This document shows positions 51,861 through 64,000 of a stretch of 64,000 nt of DNA, one piece after another. The notes under the pieces were generated by a model. The model had not been told where the DNA came from. It was given only the letters and a program-made list of their open reading frames with translations, and made no database searches. The position numbers were made by a program, and so were the translations under genes. Source of the stretch: Vicugna vicugna (lineage: Eukaryota); the NCBI GenBank assembly GCA_013265495.1, contig MU058387.1:992001-1056000 (forward strand), in the 5' to 3' direction. The stretch's first letter is position 1. Every line of letters begins with the position of its first letter.

Positions 51861-54800
51861 AAAATATGCATGGGTAGCCACGATGCTATCCCCGCACTTT
51901 ACAGAGCTCACAAGTGTGTTATCACTGCACCTGTCAGTAATGTCTGGCTTTGCCAGGATCCCACAGGTGGTTCTAGTGAGATCATTCAGCACTTACCCAG
52001 CTAGTGTATGTGGCACTGAGGTCTAAGCCTCTGTCCCTTCTACCCCTGGAGACAGTCTCTAATAGAGGAAGCTATAAATTGGAAGCTACCATGGAACTAG
52101 ACAGACATAAACTTTATGGTAGATCTTGATTCTTATAGTCAGAAGAGCATCTCCTGCTGGTGATGAGAACATATAGCAAAACCCAGAATCTTTATCTCAT
52201 GAGTTAATTCCAAGTGACTGAGATTTTTGTTTTTCACTTCTTGAAAGGAAGTATCGTGTTCTTCCAATAAGCAAGGCAACAGCCGGGCCGTGGCTTCAGT
52301 CATCAGGTTAAAGCTTCTGTGTTCTACTGCCGCGACAAATGGTATGTATTCTCTATGACTTGTGGGTCTTCCCTGTCCTGGAGCCTGAAGGGGCACAAAA
52401 AAACACTTTTTTTCTAAGGATATACACATTTTATTTGGGACTTTAAATGACAACAGATGATTATACAGACACATGATACTAAGGTACAATAAATAAACAA
52501 ATAAACCAAAATACTAGTTTTAAGTCCCTGAATTGCCAATGGCAATGACAAATCTCATTTGGATCAGAGTTATCCCCATTTCGACAGAGAACTCTAGAGA
52601 AATCTAATGCTAAATGAATCATAATCATAATGATCAGAATTGCAATCACATAAAAGAGAGGAAAATTTCAAAAGCCAGTGTCAGTTGTATCCATTGAGAA
52701 CTCCGAATAGCTTTAAATGCACGTAAGTTCTTCTTCCTCTTTATTTTGTGGCTATACCTTGCCAGTTTACATGTAGGTCCTGTGCCACATCTCATGTTGA
52801 CGAAGCAAGAAGACCTCTCTCCCAGATACGCAGCTGCCCTTGACAACTCACAAAGCAGCAGACGACGTGGCTGAGTGAGCAGGTCCAAGTGTTCAGCCGG
52901 TTTTGTCACACTGAACCCACATGAGGAACTGCATTCAGTGGTGAGGACGTATCCGACGAGTTCAAAGTGATTCATTAGCACAAAGAAACAGCAGAGTGAG
53001 AACAGTGCTCAGAGCCTTTGGTGAGCGTGTTAAGGCAGGCCCATGACAGATGAGCTCAATGAACTAACAGCTTAAATAGCGGTTGGGAACGAGGGGCGCT
53101 GGGAAATGAATGTGCTGAACTTACAATGGTTTTCATGACTAGAAAACACAAACTTTCAGGCTCCTGTGGGAGAATGTACCCCCTTATGTAGTATTTAAGG
53201 AGAGGAGAAAGGGACTACACATTTACGCATGCCGTTAATTAAATGCAGCCCAGAGAGACCATGGTATCTACCTCACTGCCTGATTAACATATTGGGTCAA
53301 GAGCCTTAGATGTTTATCCACTGTTTTTGCATCAGAAACTGTAGGGAAAATGGCCCCTCAGAAGAGCATCTATAATTCAAGGACCAAATCGGGAACTGTG
53401 TGTGTAGACTGACATTGCATTCTTTCCCCTCCGTCAAGTGTGGGCCGGCCATGCATGAGAGAGGTCCCGTCATGCGGTGCAGTTCCATTCCTGTTGATGT
53501 TGTTTTCAGGATGCTTTGGATATCCTGAGGTGTGGGCAAGGACCATGGCGGGGGACGAGACATGTACATTAAAGGAAGTATATTTATTTTAGTGACTCTT
53601 TCAAAGACTTGCAGGCATCTATTTATACAAAAACACATTTTTATAAACCTGGAATGTGTAATGATGCCTCATAGACATGATCGGCTTAAATTGTAAATAT
53701 ATACGTGCAATCCATTTTATCTCTTTGATATGTCATGATTATTCATTATTGTTGTTGCATTAGCCACTGTGATTTTTCTCCCCAAGCATTTGTATATGTG
53801 CCTCCAATTTTATAACCTGCTGTACAAAAAGTGGATTCTTTGCATAATTTTAAAATATACTTTGGAATATGTGTATGTTGTAAAAATTTTAAATTAGTAC
53901 ATTGACTTTGAAATTGTCAAATCAAATCTCTGTGTAGGACTCTTTCATTAAGTGGTAAGCTACACATTTTGAAATTTTTCTGACAGAAAATTAATAATTT
54001 GTAGTAAGCCATTAATAGAAATTAAGTGAACAAACACACAGATTTTTATATTATGATGGAATCTCTATTTTCAGCTGCAAAGTATTAAAGTGAGGATGAT
54101 AAGTCACCCACAAGGGCTGTGTAACTAAGAAATTTCACAGTTAAGTAGCAGCTCAGAACCATCCATCCTGAGCACCAGGGAACAAACAGCCTGCCAGGCT
54201 CTCTAAGTAACTGGGGAGCTAACCAAGTCTCTAGCCAAAGTTAAGGACGGTATACCTGGTAGACAGCTGACCAGAGACCAGAATGAAACACAGGCGGTGG
54301 ACACCTGCATAAAACATTATCCAGCACTGGGCTTTCCTCCCACCCCAAGTCCCTTCTGAATCCGTTTTAGTGTAATTAGTTTGAAAAGATAAAAAGATCA
54401 CTTTCCGGTAACAAATTCAAATCCTAAAGTACGTACAAACTGAAAGTGGCCTGTTTCTAGTATTATGTTTCAGCTTTCAGTCTGTTGAGCCTGTCCGTGT
54501 CCAGGTCAGGCAATATGATGCCAGGAAAGATAAACATTATGTGTGCTTTTCGCCTTGGATGCTGTAAAACAGTATGGACTGAGTTACGTGCATGCATTAA
54601 AAAGTCTCTGTTCATTCTCCACTGATTGCTAGGTGTGTAACTTTGCCTCCCATGTTATCTGACTCTTGGTTCATAGCAATGTCCAGCTACCTCAGCCAGA
54701 TCTTGCCTCGTTTTCTTTCAGTGCGATTACCCCTTCCTAAGTATGTGTTTGCCAGCCGGCTGTCTAAGCCTGCATTCCAGGCCCATCACACCACCCAACA

Positions 54801-56378
54801 TCCATCTGACTTGACTCCATATCCTGACCCAGCCTCACATCTTCACTTTACCCCTCACCACAGTTAAAATCCCCCTCAGCCTGCTTCCATCAGCCTGTAA
54901 ACCAAGGAAAGACATTGGTCCCAGAGACATTCAAATGCACCAAGGGCTTTTGATTGGCCACGTGGAATTGGGTACCATTCAAAGATGTCTCTGCCTCTGC
55001 CCAAGCTGGCTAACTGTGGGCAAGTCATTGCACATCTGCAAGCCAGCTGTGGCCTTCGGCTCCACCCCGTCTGATGTAGGAATCCCAGGAGGTCAGAGAG
55101 AAGAGCAGCTCAGTCCTCTGCTGCACCGACAGATGGTGGCACAGGTGCATCTTTGCCCAGTGCAAGTGTCAGAAAGCAGAGAAGGAAGGGTGGCTGTGTT
55201 GACCCTCCTTCCTATTGTTTTCATCTGCATCATGTACTCATGCAGCTCTGCGTATTAGTTAAGACTAAGTGTCCTAGAAACCGGAAGCCTTTGTTCTTTT
55301 TCTAACCGGCTGAAAACCACCAAGTGGAGCTAGGCAATATTCCTAGATTCTTTGTTTATCCCTTCATTTGTATTTGTAAATGCAACATAAATCAGGAGGG
55401 CGGCGGGAGTCATTTTAAGTTTGCAGAGGACTTGGCCAACTGTATTTGTTTAGAGCATGAGAGGCATCCGAGGTTAGATTATTCCTTCTGAGGATGGCGG
55501 TCACCTCTGACTTCTAGTCTGATGTGATCTCTGGAGACAACTTCAATCAAAATGGGAGCTGAGAGTGACGTGGAAAAACAGAGGAGAATTAGAGTCGAGG
55601 AGGAACTTGGATGAAATATGTGGGAGTTAGCAGAAAATATTAAGGGTATTAATGATAATTTAAGAGTTTCTTTAAGGGGGTCAAGAATAATACGAAAGAA
55701 GCAAAGACAAATTTCTTTTGCGAGACAAGCGATTAGAAAGAATGAGTAAATCAGACATTAATGAGCAGACTGAGAGTCCCTTTGGGACGTCTGAATTTAA
55801 GTTTCCTCCCAAGTCTCAACTCGAATTGCTCGTTTGAAATCCTGTAACAGGCATAGGCAAGAAACAAGCCGTGGGGCCGCCTGCCCTAACAGCGCCCTCA
55901 GGCATCTGCGCCTACAGGGAAGGCGGTCGCGGTGGCTTTCCCAGACTATGTTTCCTCATTCTGGCCTTTTCCTCTATTCTAATTTTTCCCTTTGTCCACG
56001 TGCCACCACCACCCTCGGAAAGGGAGCTAATGAATTCAGTTACCCTATGGAATTTATTATTATCTTTCCTTCCTGGGATAATTGTAATTTTAGTCTCAAA
56101 AAAATTTCCTGAATAGCCATTGCTGAGCCCAGCAGAACAGAGGAATTTCAGACGTGTTGGTGGGTGTGTCTGGGAGCTTGTGATATGTTTCAAATCACGC
56201 CAGATATCCCCTCTCTCAGGTAAAGCCAGCCGCGTGTCTATTTTGAGCTCTGTGCAGCCAATTTAAAGGGGGAAAAATCATCATCTAACGGTAAGGCACA
56301 CATGATGGCTGTGGTACCAACACAAAAAGGAGCGCCAAAAACCAGTTTGGAAAAGGAAAGGAAGAGATTTACATAACA

Positions 56379-56575
56379 TTTTTTTTTAAATGGAAGTCTA
56401 GTCAGTTTACAATGTTGTGTCAATTTCTGGCGTACAGCACACTGTTTCAGTCAGACATATGCATGCATATGTTCATTTTCAGATTCTTTTTCATTAAAGG
56501 TTACTACAAGATATTGAATATAGTTGCCTGTGCTGTACAGGGAAATACTTCTTGTTTATCTATTTTATATATATT
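56379..56575 (-). mobile_element. 5'-truncated young L1 3'UTR
   Basis: Poly-T then tggaagtctagtcagtttacaatgttgtgtc...ggttactacaagatattgaatatagtt...cttgtttatctattttatat. Confidence 0.9.
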
Positions 56576-57284
56576 TTGACTAAAGCCATTTCTCTCTTAA
56601 AGAATCAAAAATAATAGTGGCTAGATTCTTTGGGGAGTGAGAAGCAACTTGAATTATCAATACGCTTCCCTATTTGTTTTACAAGACCAAGCAGCTAGTC
56701 TCTCATTAGTGGAAATTGTAAAACTATGCAAACTTGCATCCCTGTGAGTATGTGGAATCTGCTTTTCTCTTAACCCTGATTTCAGCCTGGATTCTAGGAG
56801 ACTCGTATCCTCGCTCCATAGAAGCTGTAATTGAACAACTTCCTCATTTTAATGTGCCTCCAGATAATGGTTTGCTTTTTAAATTAATGCCGTGAAAACA
56901 CACATTATGATCTCTACCTGAAACACGTTTTGATTAACAGCGATATCTATGGTTTCGATTGATGAATGCACTCTTTTCTCCCTGCAGAGAGGCTGTGCTC
57001 TGCTAAACAGCTGCTGCATTCCACCCCAGAGGTTGCTGCCTTTTGCTAACTGTAAAAATTATGTTTATTTATGATGGAGTTTACACAGTTCTTCATACCA
57101 GTTGAAATAAAATCCCCGCCCCATCCTCTGAGATGGATAAACATCTCTCTCTCTCTCATTCTTGCTCTTTATTCTGATCTCTTGTTCATTCCGCCGTCCT
57201 CTCCCTCTCATACACAACCTCAATATCTGTGTAACATCACAAAATAGTAGAATGCCTGTGAGTATTGCTGAAAAACTCCTCATA

Positions 57285-57510
57285 GTAATAATGACAATCA
57301 AAATCGTGGCAATTTATTGAGCGATTCCTATGTGTCTGGCATTATTATAGAGTTCTTTGAATTGCATTACCTCACTTGTTTCCCAGACAATCCTATAAAG
57401 TAAGAAATATTAACGTTCCCCTTACACAGAATAAAGCAGCTGAAGTTCAGAGCGGTTACACCGTGAGCAGAGGAACAGCTGTACTGAGCTTGCTCCTGAT
57501 CTCTCCATGT
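57285..57510 (-). mobile_element. MIR SINE
   Basis: ggcaatttattgagcgattcctatgtgtctggca...acaatcctataaagta...ctgaagttcagagcggtta. Confidence 0.75.
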
Positions 57511-57559
57511 TTTTGAGTTGAAATCAAGCTGTCTACCTGCCTACCGGTGACTTGACATG

Positions 57560-59000
57560 AGACTCCAGGAGACGCGAATCGATCTCCAGGTTCCAAAAGT
57601 GTTCCAAAGAGCAAACCTGATCATGATTCTCTCCCAATTTAAAATCATTCAGTTGATCCAAATGTCCCTCAAAATGAATTTCAATATCTCTATCATGGTG
57701 TCTGCAACTTTTATGGTTTGGCTTCAGCTTACATCTTGGATTCCATCTCCCCTCGTGCCTACACATCCCTGTTAGTTGGTCTTACTGCCAAGGACGTGTC
57801 CATTTCCCTTCCTCTTCTGTCGGCAGCTTGCTTCTTTCCCTCCCCCGGCTGGATTGCACTCTTCTACAAGTTTTCAATGTAAACGATTCTCCTTCTGGAT
57901 AGACTTCCTGACAGCCCTTGCCTCCCGAGCTTGGTTCTCTCATTGTATCCTTGTAGCACCTGATTTCCCTAGAGCTTTATTCACCTACTGGCTTTTCCTC
58001 TCGTTAACTAGATGAAAAGAGAAACAGATCCTCAAAGGCAGAAGCAGCTTCTCCACCACTACATGACCTGTCACCAGGTAACACTCAAACAACATATACA
58101 CACCTGAACTAAAATAAAGCCTTGATAAAATTTTAAGAAGTTAATATACGTTAGTGCTTATCACCTCACTTATTAATGAGTAAAGATTTCTGTCTCCTTT
58201 TAAGTTAAGGTATGGTGGTTGGTATAGGGGTGGCATGAGAAAAAAACCTATCAAATGAGTTGAGTTAATTTGGTTAAAATTATTGGGAAGCGGAAGTTTT
58301 CCTTTACTGAGGACCTTGAGCTCGGGGGAACATGGATCTGGATCTGTGGATGAATAAGCCTAATTTTAAATATATAGATAGATATATTTTTGTCTAAGTC
58401 ACTTCAAGTTGAGTTTCTATAACTTCCTACTAAGATAAACCTAATGCCTTGCCTTAATTTATATTCTCACAACTCATCTATTCTTCACTCCTGTCAATCC
58501 TTAAATGTTTGCCTGAGTTATTCTGTAATGTAAATGCAATCATGCTGCTTTCTTCTCTAAAATGTTCCAATGATTTCTTCATAATCTTTCAATGAATGCG
58601 TTAGTATTGAACAGATCCCTGGACCGCCTGTGCAGCCCTTACAGTTGATATTCCCGCTCACTCCTCCAGGCCTAGCCCATGCATTCCTTTCTGTCTGAAC
58701 ATCATTCTCATCCAGCCTTGCGAATGAATGTTTCTACATTAAGATGCTCATCAAATATCACCATTTCCCTGCTCCTATACAGTCAGTCGCTTTGTCCTCT
58801 TCTCTAATGTAAAATTTACATCTGCTTCGTTTAGCCTCCCTTGTACTACTTTGTAATTGTTTAATCTCATGACCATCTCTATGTGGAACATACCATCCTA
58901 GACTCAGTTTTGGCCTCTTGTTTATCTTTGTAGACTTAATGTGTAACACATTCTTGACACACAGTAAATCCTCATTAAGTGTTTATAGAGTGAATAAATA
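57560..59000 (+). mobile_element. L2 LINE fragments (at least two 3' portions)
   Basis: aaacctgatcatgattctctcc, aatgcaatcatgctgctttcttctctaaaatgttccaatg, and the terminal acacacagtaaatcctcattaagtgtttatagagtgaataaat. Confidence 0.6.
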
Positions 59001-59047
59001 AGGGTGCTCAGTTAGCTGGGGATCTTTTCATTATTTTTTCGGTGTAA

Positions 59048-59251
59048 GCAGGAGTTGGCAAACTTTTTCTGTAAAAGATTGTAAAGACAGTAAATATTTC
59101 TGACCTGCAGGCCATACCATCTCTGTCATAACTACTCACTTCTATGTTGTAGAATAAAGGAGCCATAGACAGTACAAGAACAAATGTGTGTGACTATGTC
59201 CCAAAGTATTTCATTTACAAAATCAGATGGTTGGGCCTTTCCAACCACTGG
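59048..59251. mobile_element. MER58A (hAT-Charlie) MITE
   Basis: caggagttggcaaactttttctgtaaa...gcaggccataccatctctgtc...agccatagacagta...ccaaccactg. Confidence 0.85.
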
Positions 59252-60574
59252 CATAAAGGAAAGAGACAGAACATAGTTCTTGGTTTAACTACAGATAGAT
59301 GCTGGAAAAGAGTTCCCTGCATGAAATGGAGTAGGGAGTGGTACATAGATTTTAGAACAATCGTATTGAAGTCAACGTCCTTCACACCATGAAAGCTCTG
59401 ATTTGCAATTGCTTTGATATAGTATTTCTCACCATTTGTTCCCATAGGTCTACATTTTATTAAAATCTATCTAGTCACATAATCAATAGGTGTTGATTGA
59501 AAACCTAATCATACTTTCTTATATAAAGAGATTTCAGATAAGGTGTTCAGATTTAACATGAGTATGCTCTCTGTCAGCAGAAAATATATTCTACTGTAAA
59601 AAGTTGGTGGATATCTAAGTTTCATTTTGAGAAATACAGAACTTCTTTTATTTTCCCTTAGTTTTCAATGAAATGCCATTTTCAAACACTGTTACTCTGT
59701 AAGTTACCTGTTTCCAAAAACCCAAACCAAATGACAGTTCCCTAACCTAAAATCAAGCTAATGGCATCACACTTAAAACAGCCCCATCTTGCAGATCAAA
59801 TAAGAAGGGCCGACCAGTATAGTTTTCTATTTTTTTTGAAATCGCTCAATTGTAGAACATGTAATGTTTCTGATTGTGAGTCTCCACTCAACACTGGGCC
59901 AGCACAGTCAGAAGCAGTGGGCTTGGAAAAAGACGGCAACGCTCGATTAGAGGACTACACAGGAGCAAACATATGGAAATCACGTAATCATTTGGAGGTC
60001 AGCTTTTGGGTAGTGTCTGCTGGGCCCAGCGGGAGCTTCATGCGAAAGCCCCCAGGTTCTAGCAGTGCCCTCTCCGCCCTTCAGTGCTTCTCACCAAAAA
60101 GCCACACAGAGCTTAGTTAGGTGAAGCTTTTGACTAGACTTGTCCATATCAAAGAAGACACTTTTACTCAGAAATGACACGAAATCATCATGGCTGCCTC
60201 CCATTGTCGTGTGTGTGTGTGTGTTTTCAAATGCCAAATTACACATATTATGCTCTTTGCTTTGTTTCATTTCTATTTGTTCATCTTGTTAGACATGTGA
60301 TGGAATTTTGGATGCTTTGGTTTTATAAAGATATCACTAGATTCTAACGGTCTTTTGCATGAACAATGTATAAGCTGCTTTTACTTTTAAGTTTTAAAGA
60401 GACTTGGCATCAGGGCATAGAAACACTTCAAAAGTTTCTTTCCTATATACACAGATAGAGCCTTTTGAAACACTGAGATTTACAAAACATGGGCAGTTTA
60501 AACTCACAAATGTAAATCACTTTTATGTGGTCCCAAATTAAATGCCATTCCCTCATAGGCCAGATACATACCCC

Positions 60575-61198
60575 TGTATTAGTCAGGGTTCTCCAGAGAA
60601 TAAAAGCAAGAGGATATATTTATATAAACGTATATATGCACATATTACATATATATACCTATATTTATATAATGGTATCAAATGATATTATATAATATGC
60701 ATATTTATTCTATATTTATAAATGTATATATATGCCCACATATTATACATATTAACACATATACACTTACACAATTATGTATTTTTATATAATAAACTAT
60801 GCATATATGCATTATATATTCTTATAAATACATATACTTGTTATGTATGTATGTGTGTGTATAAAAAGATTTATTTTAAGAAACTATCTCATACAACTGT
60901 GGAGGCAGGCAAATCTGAAATTTTTCTGTAGGGCAGGCCCTTGAGCTGGGAACTCAGATGCAGCCTTGAGGGAGAATATCTCTTTCTCCAGGAAACTTCA
61001 GAATATTTGATTTTCAGAACTTTCAACTTATTGAACAACACCCACCCACATTAGTGAGGATAATCTTTTTCTAAAGTTAACTGATGGTCGATGTTAACTG
61101 CATGTACTGAATACCTTCACAGCAACACCTAGATTAGTGTTTATTTAAATAACTGTGTAGTACAGCCTAAACAAGTTGACATAAAACTAACCATTGTA
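60575..61198 (-). mobile_element. MLT2 (ERVL) solo LTR with an internal AT-rich expansion
   Basis: Both termini recognisable: tgtattagtcagggttctccagaga...gatttattttaagaaa...ataccttcacagcaacacctagattagtgtt...caagttgacataaaactaacca. Confidence 0.9.
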
Positions 61199-61269
61199 CC
61201 TCCCCAAATGCAATAAGATAGATGAATAAATTTCTCGACGTACATAACCTTTAACAAGAAACAGAAGGG

Positions 61270-61362
61270 CAACATATATTGGCTAGAAGTATAGACTGGT
61301 GGTCATCAAACCAAGGTTAAATCTCTCGTTCTGCCACTTATTAGCCGTGTAAATGTGGGAAC
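61270..61362 (+). mobile_element. MIR SINE 5' fragment
   Basis: ggttaaatctctcgttctgccacttattagccgtgt. Confidence 0.65.
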
Positions 61363-61364
61363 TA

Positions 61365-61912
61365 GTTGTAAAATCCTCCTTTTCCCCATGAAACACTCCT
61401 TTTAGTCTTCATACATCTGCATAATCTGCCCCTTTGCTTCTTGTCTGGCCTGGTGATGCACTGACTTATTTTTGACCAATTGAATATGACCAAGAAGACA
61501 CAGTATTATTTCTGGGGCTAGCTTAGAAGAAGACTTACAGCTTCCACCTGGTTCTCTTGGATCATTTATTCAGGTTTCAGAATTCTAACTAACCTGAGAC
61601 AGCCATGCTACAAGAAAAGCCAAGACAGCCAGGTGGAGATACCACATGTCTAGTTAGATGTCCAACTGGTGGGCAGGTGTTCCTTCCATAGTGTGCCGGG
61701 GCACCAGACAAATAAAGGAAGAAGCCATTTTGGTGGACATTTGGGTGATTTCAGGCCCAGCCCCAACTGACAACAGTTACCTCAAAGAAGAGACTCTCAG
61801 GTAGAACCACCCAACTGAGACCATTCAACCCACAAAACCTTGGGAGATAAAAACAAACTATTGTTGTAAGGCACCAAGTTTTGGAGTGGTGTTTAAGCAG
61901 CGATAGCAACCT
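61365..61912 (+). mobile_element. MLT1 (ERVL-MaLR) LTR
   Basis: cagcttccacctggttctcttgg...cctgagacagccatgct...agaaccacccaactgag...ttgttgtaaggcaccaagttttggagtggt. Confidence 0.8.
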
Positions 61913-62975
61913 CACGAATGAAGCAATGGCCTCAGGACAGAGATCAATTCAGACTGAGACTGTTATCAGTACAATAGAGACATCGGGATTAAGACGTCAA
62001 GTATGGGACCCTTTCCTAAGACCTGGCAAAGACTTGAGTTAATGCCTTGCAGAATCTAGACAAAAGGACTTGACAAAAGGGCTTCTAAGACTCTTACGGG
62101 CACTTGACCACAAATCCCTGACACTTAGCTCAGGGAGCAAGTGAAATTTATTGCAGGGGTTTCTGTATGTGATTTTGATACAATGGGATGAAGCTCAGTA
62201 AGATTTATTGGAAACCCACAAAGGTTTGTTTGTTTGCCTATTTGTGTGTGTGTGTGTGTGTGTGTGTGTTTCAAAAACTTCATCAGTGGAAGCACTATTC
62301 GCTTAAACTAAAATGGAAAAAGGCTTTTGAGCCCTCAACTTCTATGAGGAAAATTAATCATTGCAAACCCATGGCATTTTTCATTAAAAAGAAAGAATGA
62401 CTCAGAGATCAGCTATAAGAGCCCTGGAGAAACGTTTAGGGCTTGTACACTGGGCCCCGATTGCTAGCACACTTCTACCTTTATTTTAGATTGTTATGGA
62501 CCATTGCCCACAGTGTGTGTTCCATTTCCTCCCTTCTGCATAGGAGAATCTGTAGTGGTTTTCCTGTCCCTGTCTTGCATCTTAGGGGAGACAAGGGGGT
62601 TAATTTTCCCCTTTGCTTCCTAGTTAAGAGGTCTTTGGATTGAGAGGAATGACCCCTGAGTTTTTTGTTTATTTGTTTTTTTTTTCCTCACCAGAACCTG
62701 AATTAGATGATGTGATCTTAGTCTTCAAGCCTGATTATGTAAAATGTTTAGGATCTTGAAACGCATTCAGTATCTTTGCTTATGAGAAGAATGTAAATAA
62801 TCTGTGACCAGAGGGCAGGCTACCTCGGTTTATAAATTGTTATAAATTCTTTATTATTCCCCTGCATGAAGAGGTGGAACTTCCTTTCTCTTCTCTGAAA
62901 TAGGGGTGGACTTTGTGGTGGTTTCACCCACAGATGGCAGTGGAAGCGGCAATGTGTCAGTTCCAGGCCTAAGTC
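61913..62975 (+). mobile_element. MLT1 internal sequence followed by the 5' part of a second MLT1 LTR
   Basis: MaLR-internal-like 3' end (cctgaattagatgatgtgatc...gtaaataatctgtgaccagagggcag) followed at about 62821 by aaattctttattattcccc...aagaggtgga...ggaagcggcaatgtgtcagttccaggcctaagtc. Confidence 0.6.
62243..62268. repeat. (TG)13 microsatellite
   Basis: Perfect run read directly from the sequence. Confidence 0.97.
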
Positions 62976-63734
62976 AATTGCACTTACGTGACCAGTCACA
63001 TTGCCACTGGATAGTGGAGAGGACACTCTGTATGGCAAAGTTGTTCTCTTTAAGGGCACAGCTTCAGTGAGAGGGGTGCGTATCTAGCTCTAGGGAAGGA
63101 GGAAGACTTGTGTCCTGCCAGGGAGTTTGATCACATAGTCAACACATGTTTATTATAAATCAGCCATGCTCCAAGCATTTTTCTGAACAACTATATAACT
63201 GATGTTTGCATCAGACTACCCTTAATTCCCACGTACAATCAATTTCCACAAACTCAAAGAAGGAGGAAAAAGTGAAATATTCCTCTTAAAAATTTGGATC
63301 TGACTTTTATTCTAGTAATTGAACATGAAATTTATTTTATGATTTTTGATTTATAATATCATGCTGTAAAACTAGCTTTGGATTACAAAAAGCCAGGTTA
63401 GGAGTTAAGAAAGGAATGAATTATAATAACCATAATACAGAAAAAAAGAAGTATTTCTTTCTTAAAACTTGAGGAAAATTCAATATGTGAAGCTTTTTAG
63501 TTGACGAATTGTAATTTGAGATTATTTTATTAATAAAAAATAGAAAATACTCAAAGTTTAAATTTAGTGGCTAGAGTAGAAATCAATTCATTTTTCATCA
63601 ATAGTGCATTGTGTTTTATGATTGCTTCACACAAAATGAAGTAGCAGAAAGTAACTGAGAAAAGAAAATGAAATTTTGGCAAAAACTAAACAGTGGTAAA
63701 TGTGAGATACACAATATAAAATTTTAGAATATTT

Positions 63735-63960
63735 GTCTATAATAATATAAAAACAATACCTAATATTGTGCTAGAAATTTTACATGTATTATCTCAATTA
63801 ATGCTAAATTATTCTAGCAAGTCAGAACTAACAGGTAGGCACTGTTATTACTCCTACATTCACAAATAAGAAAATTGAAACATTAAACATTTTTGTAATT
63901 TTACGAAGTCACTGTTTCAGTTGCTCATTACTTCATAAACAGAAGAATGGAGCAGTGCTT
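63735..63960 (-). mobile_element. MIR SINE
   Basis: tttacatgtattatctcaattaat...aggtaggcactgttattactcctacattcacaaataagaaaattga. Confidence 0.75.
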
Positions 63961-64000
63961 TTGCCCAAAAGATGTGCGTAATCTTGAAGATCTATAAAGA

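Overview
Mammalian non-coding genomic DNA: AT-rich, CpG-depleted, with no clear CpG island, consistent with a large intron or gene desert. The lineage is very probably camelid, based on two tRNA-derived Vic-type SINEs with target-site duplications, four copies of a young L1 3' end, and no recognisable Alu, B1/B2, Bov-tA/BovB or PRE-1 elements. A large part of the window is interspersed repeat (L1, L2, MIR, CR1/L3, hAT and Tigger DNA transposons, MaLR/ERVL LTRs) plus microsatellites. I found no recognisable protein-coding gene, RNA gene, CRISPR array or prokaryote-type system, and nearly all ORF-track entries are chance ORFs or repeat remnants. The most interesting signals are: two minus-strand exon candidates (11845-11893 and 3188-3363) that splice in phase into an unrecognised ORF of at least 70 codons; a perfect CTCF core at 40244-40258; a POU/SOX motif cluster at 17960-18460; a homeobox/octamer-rich block at 26130-26880; a 5'-intact but 3'-less L1 ending in a micro-inversion; and a four-element nested transposon stack. 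Repeat family names come from my recall of consensus sequences, and repeat boundaries are approximate unless a TSD is given.
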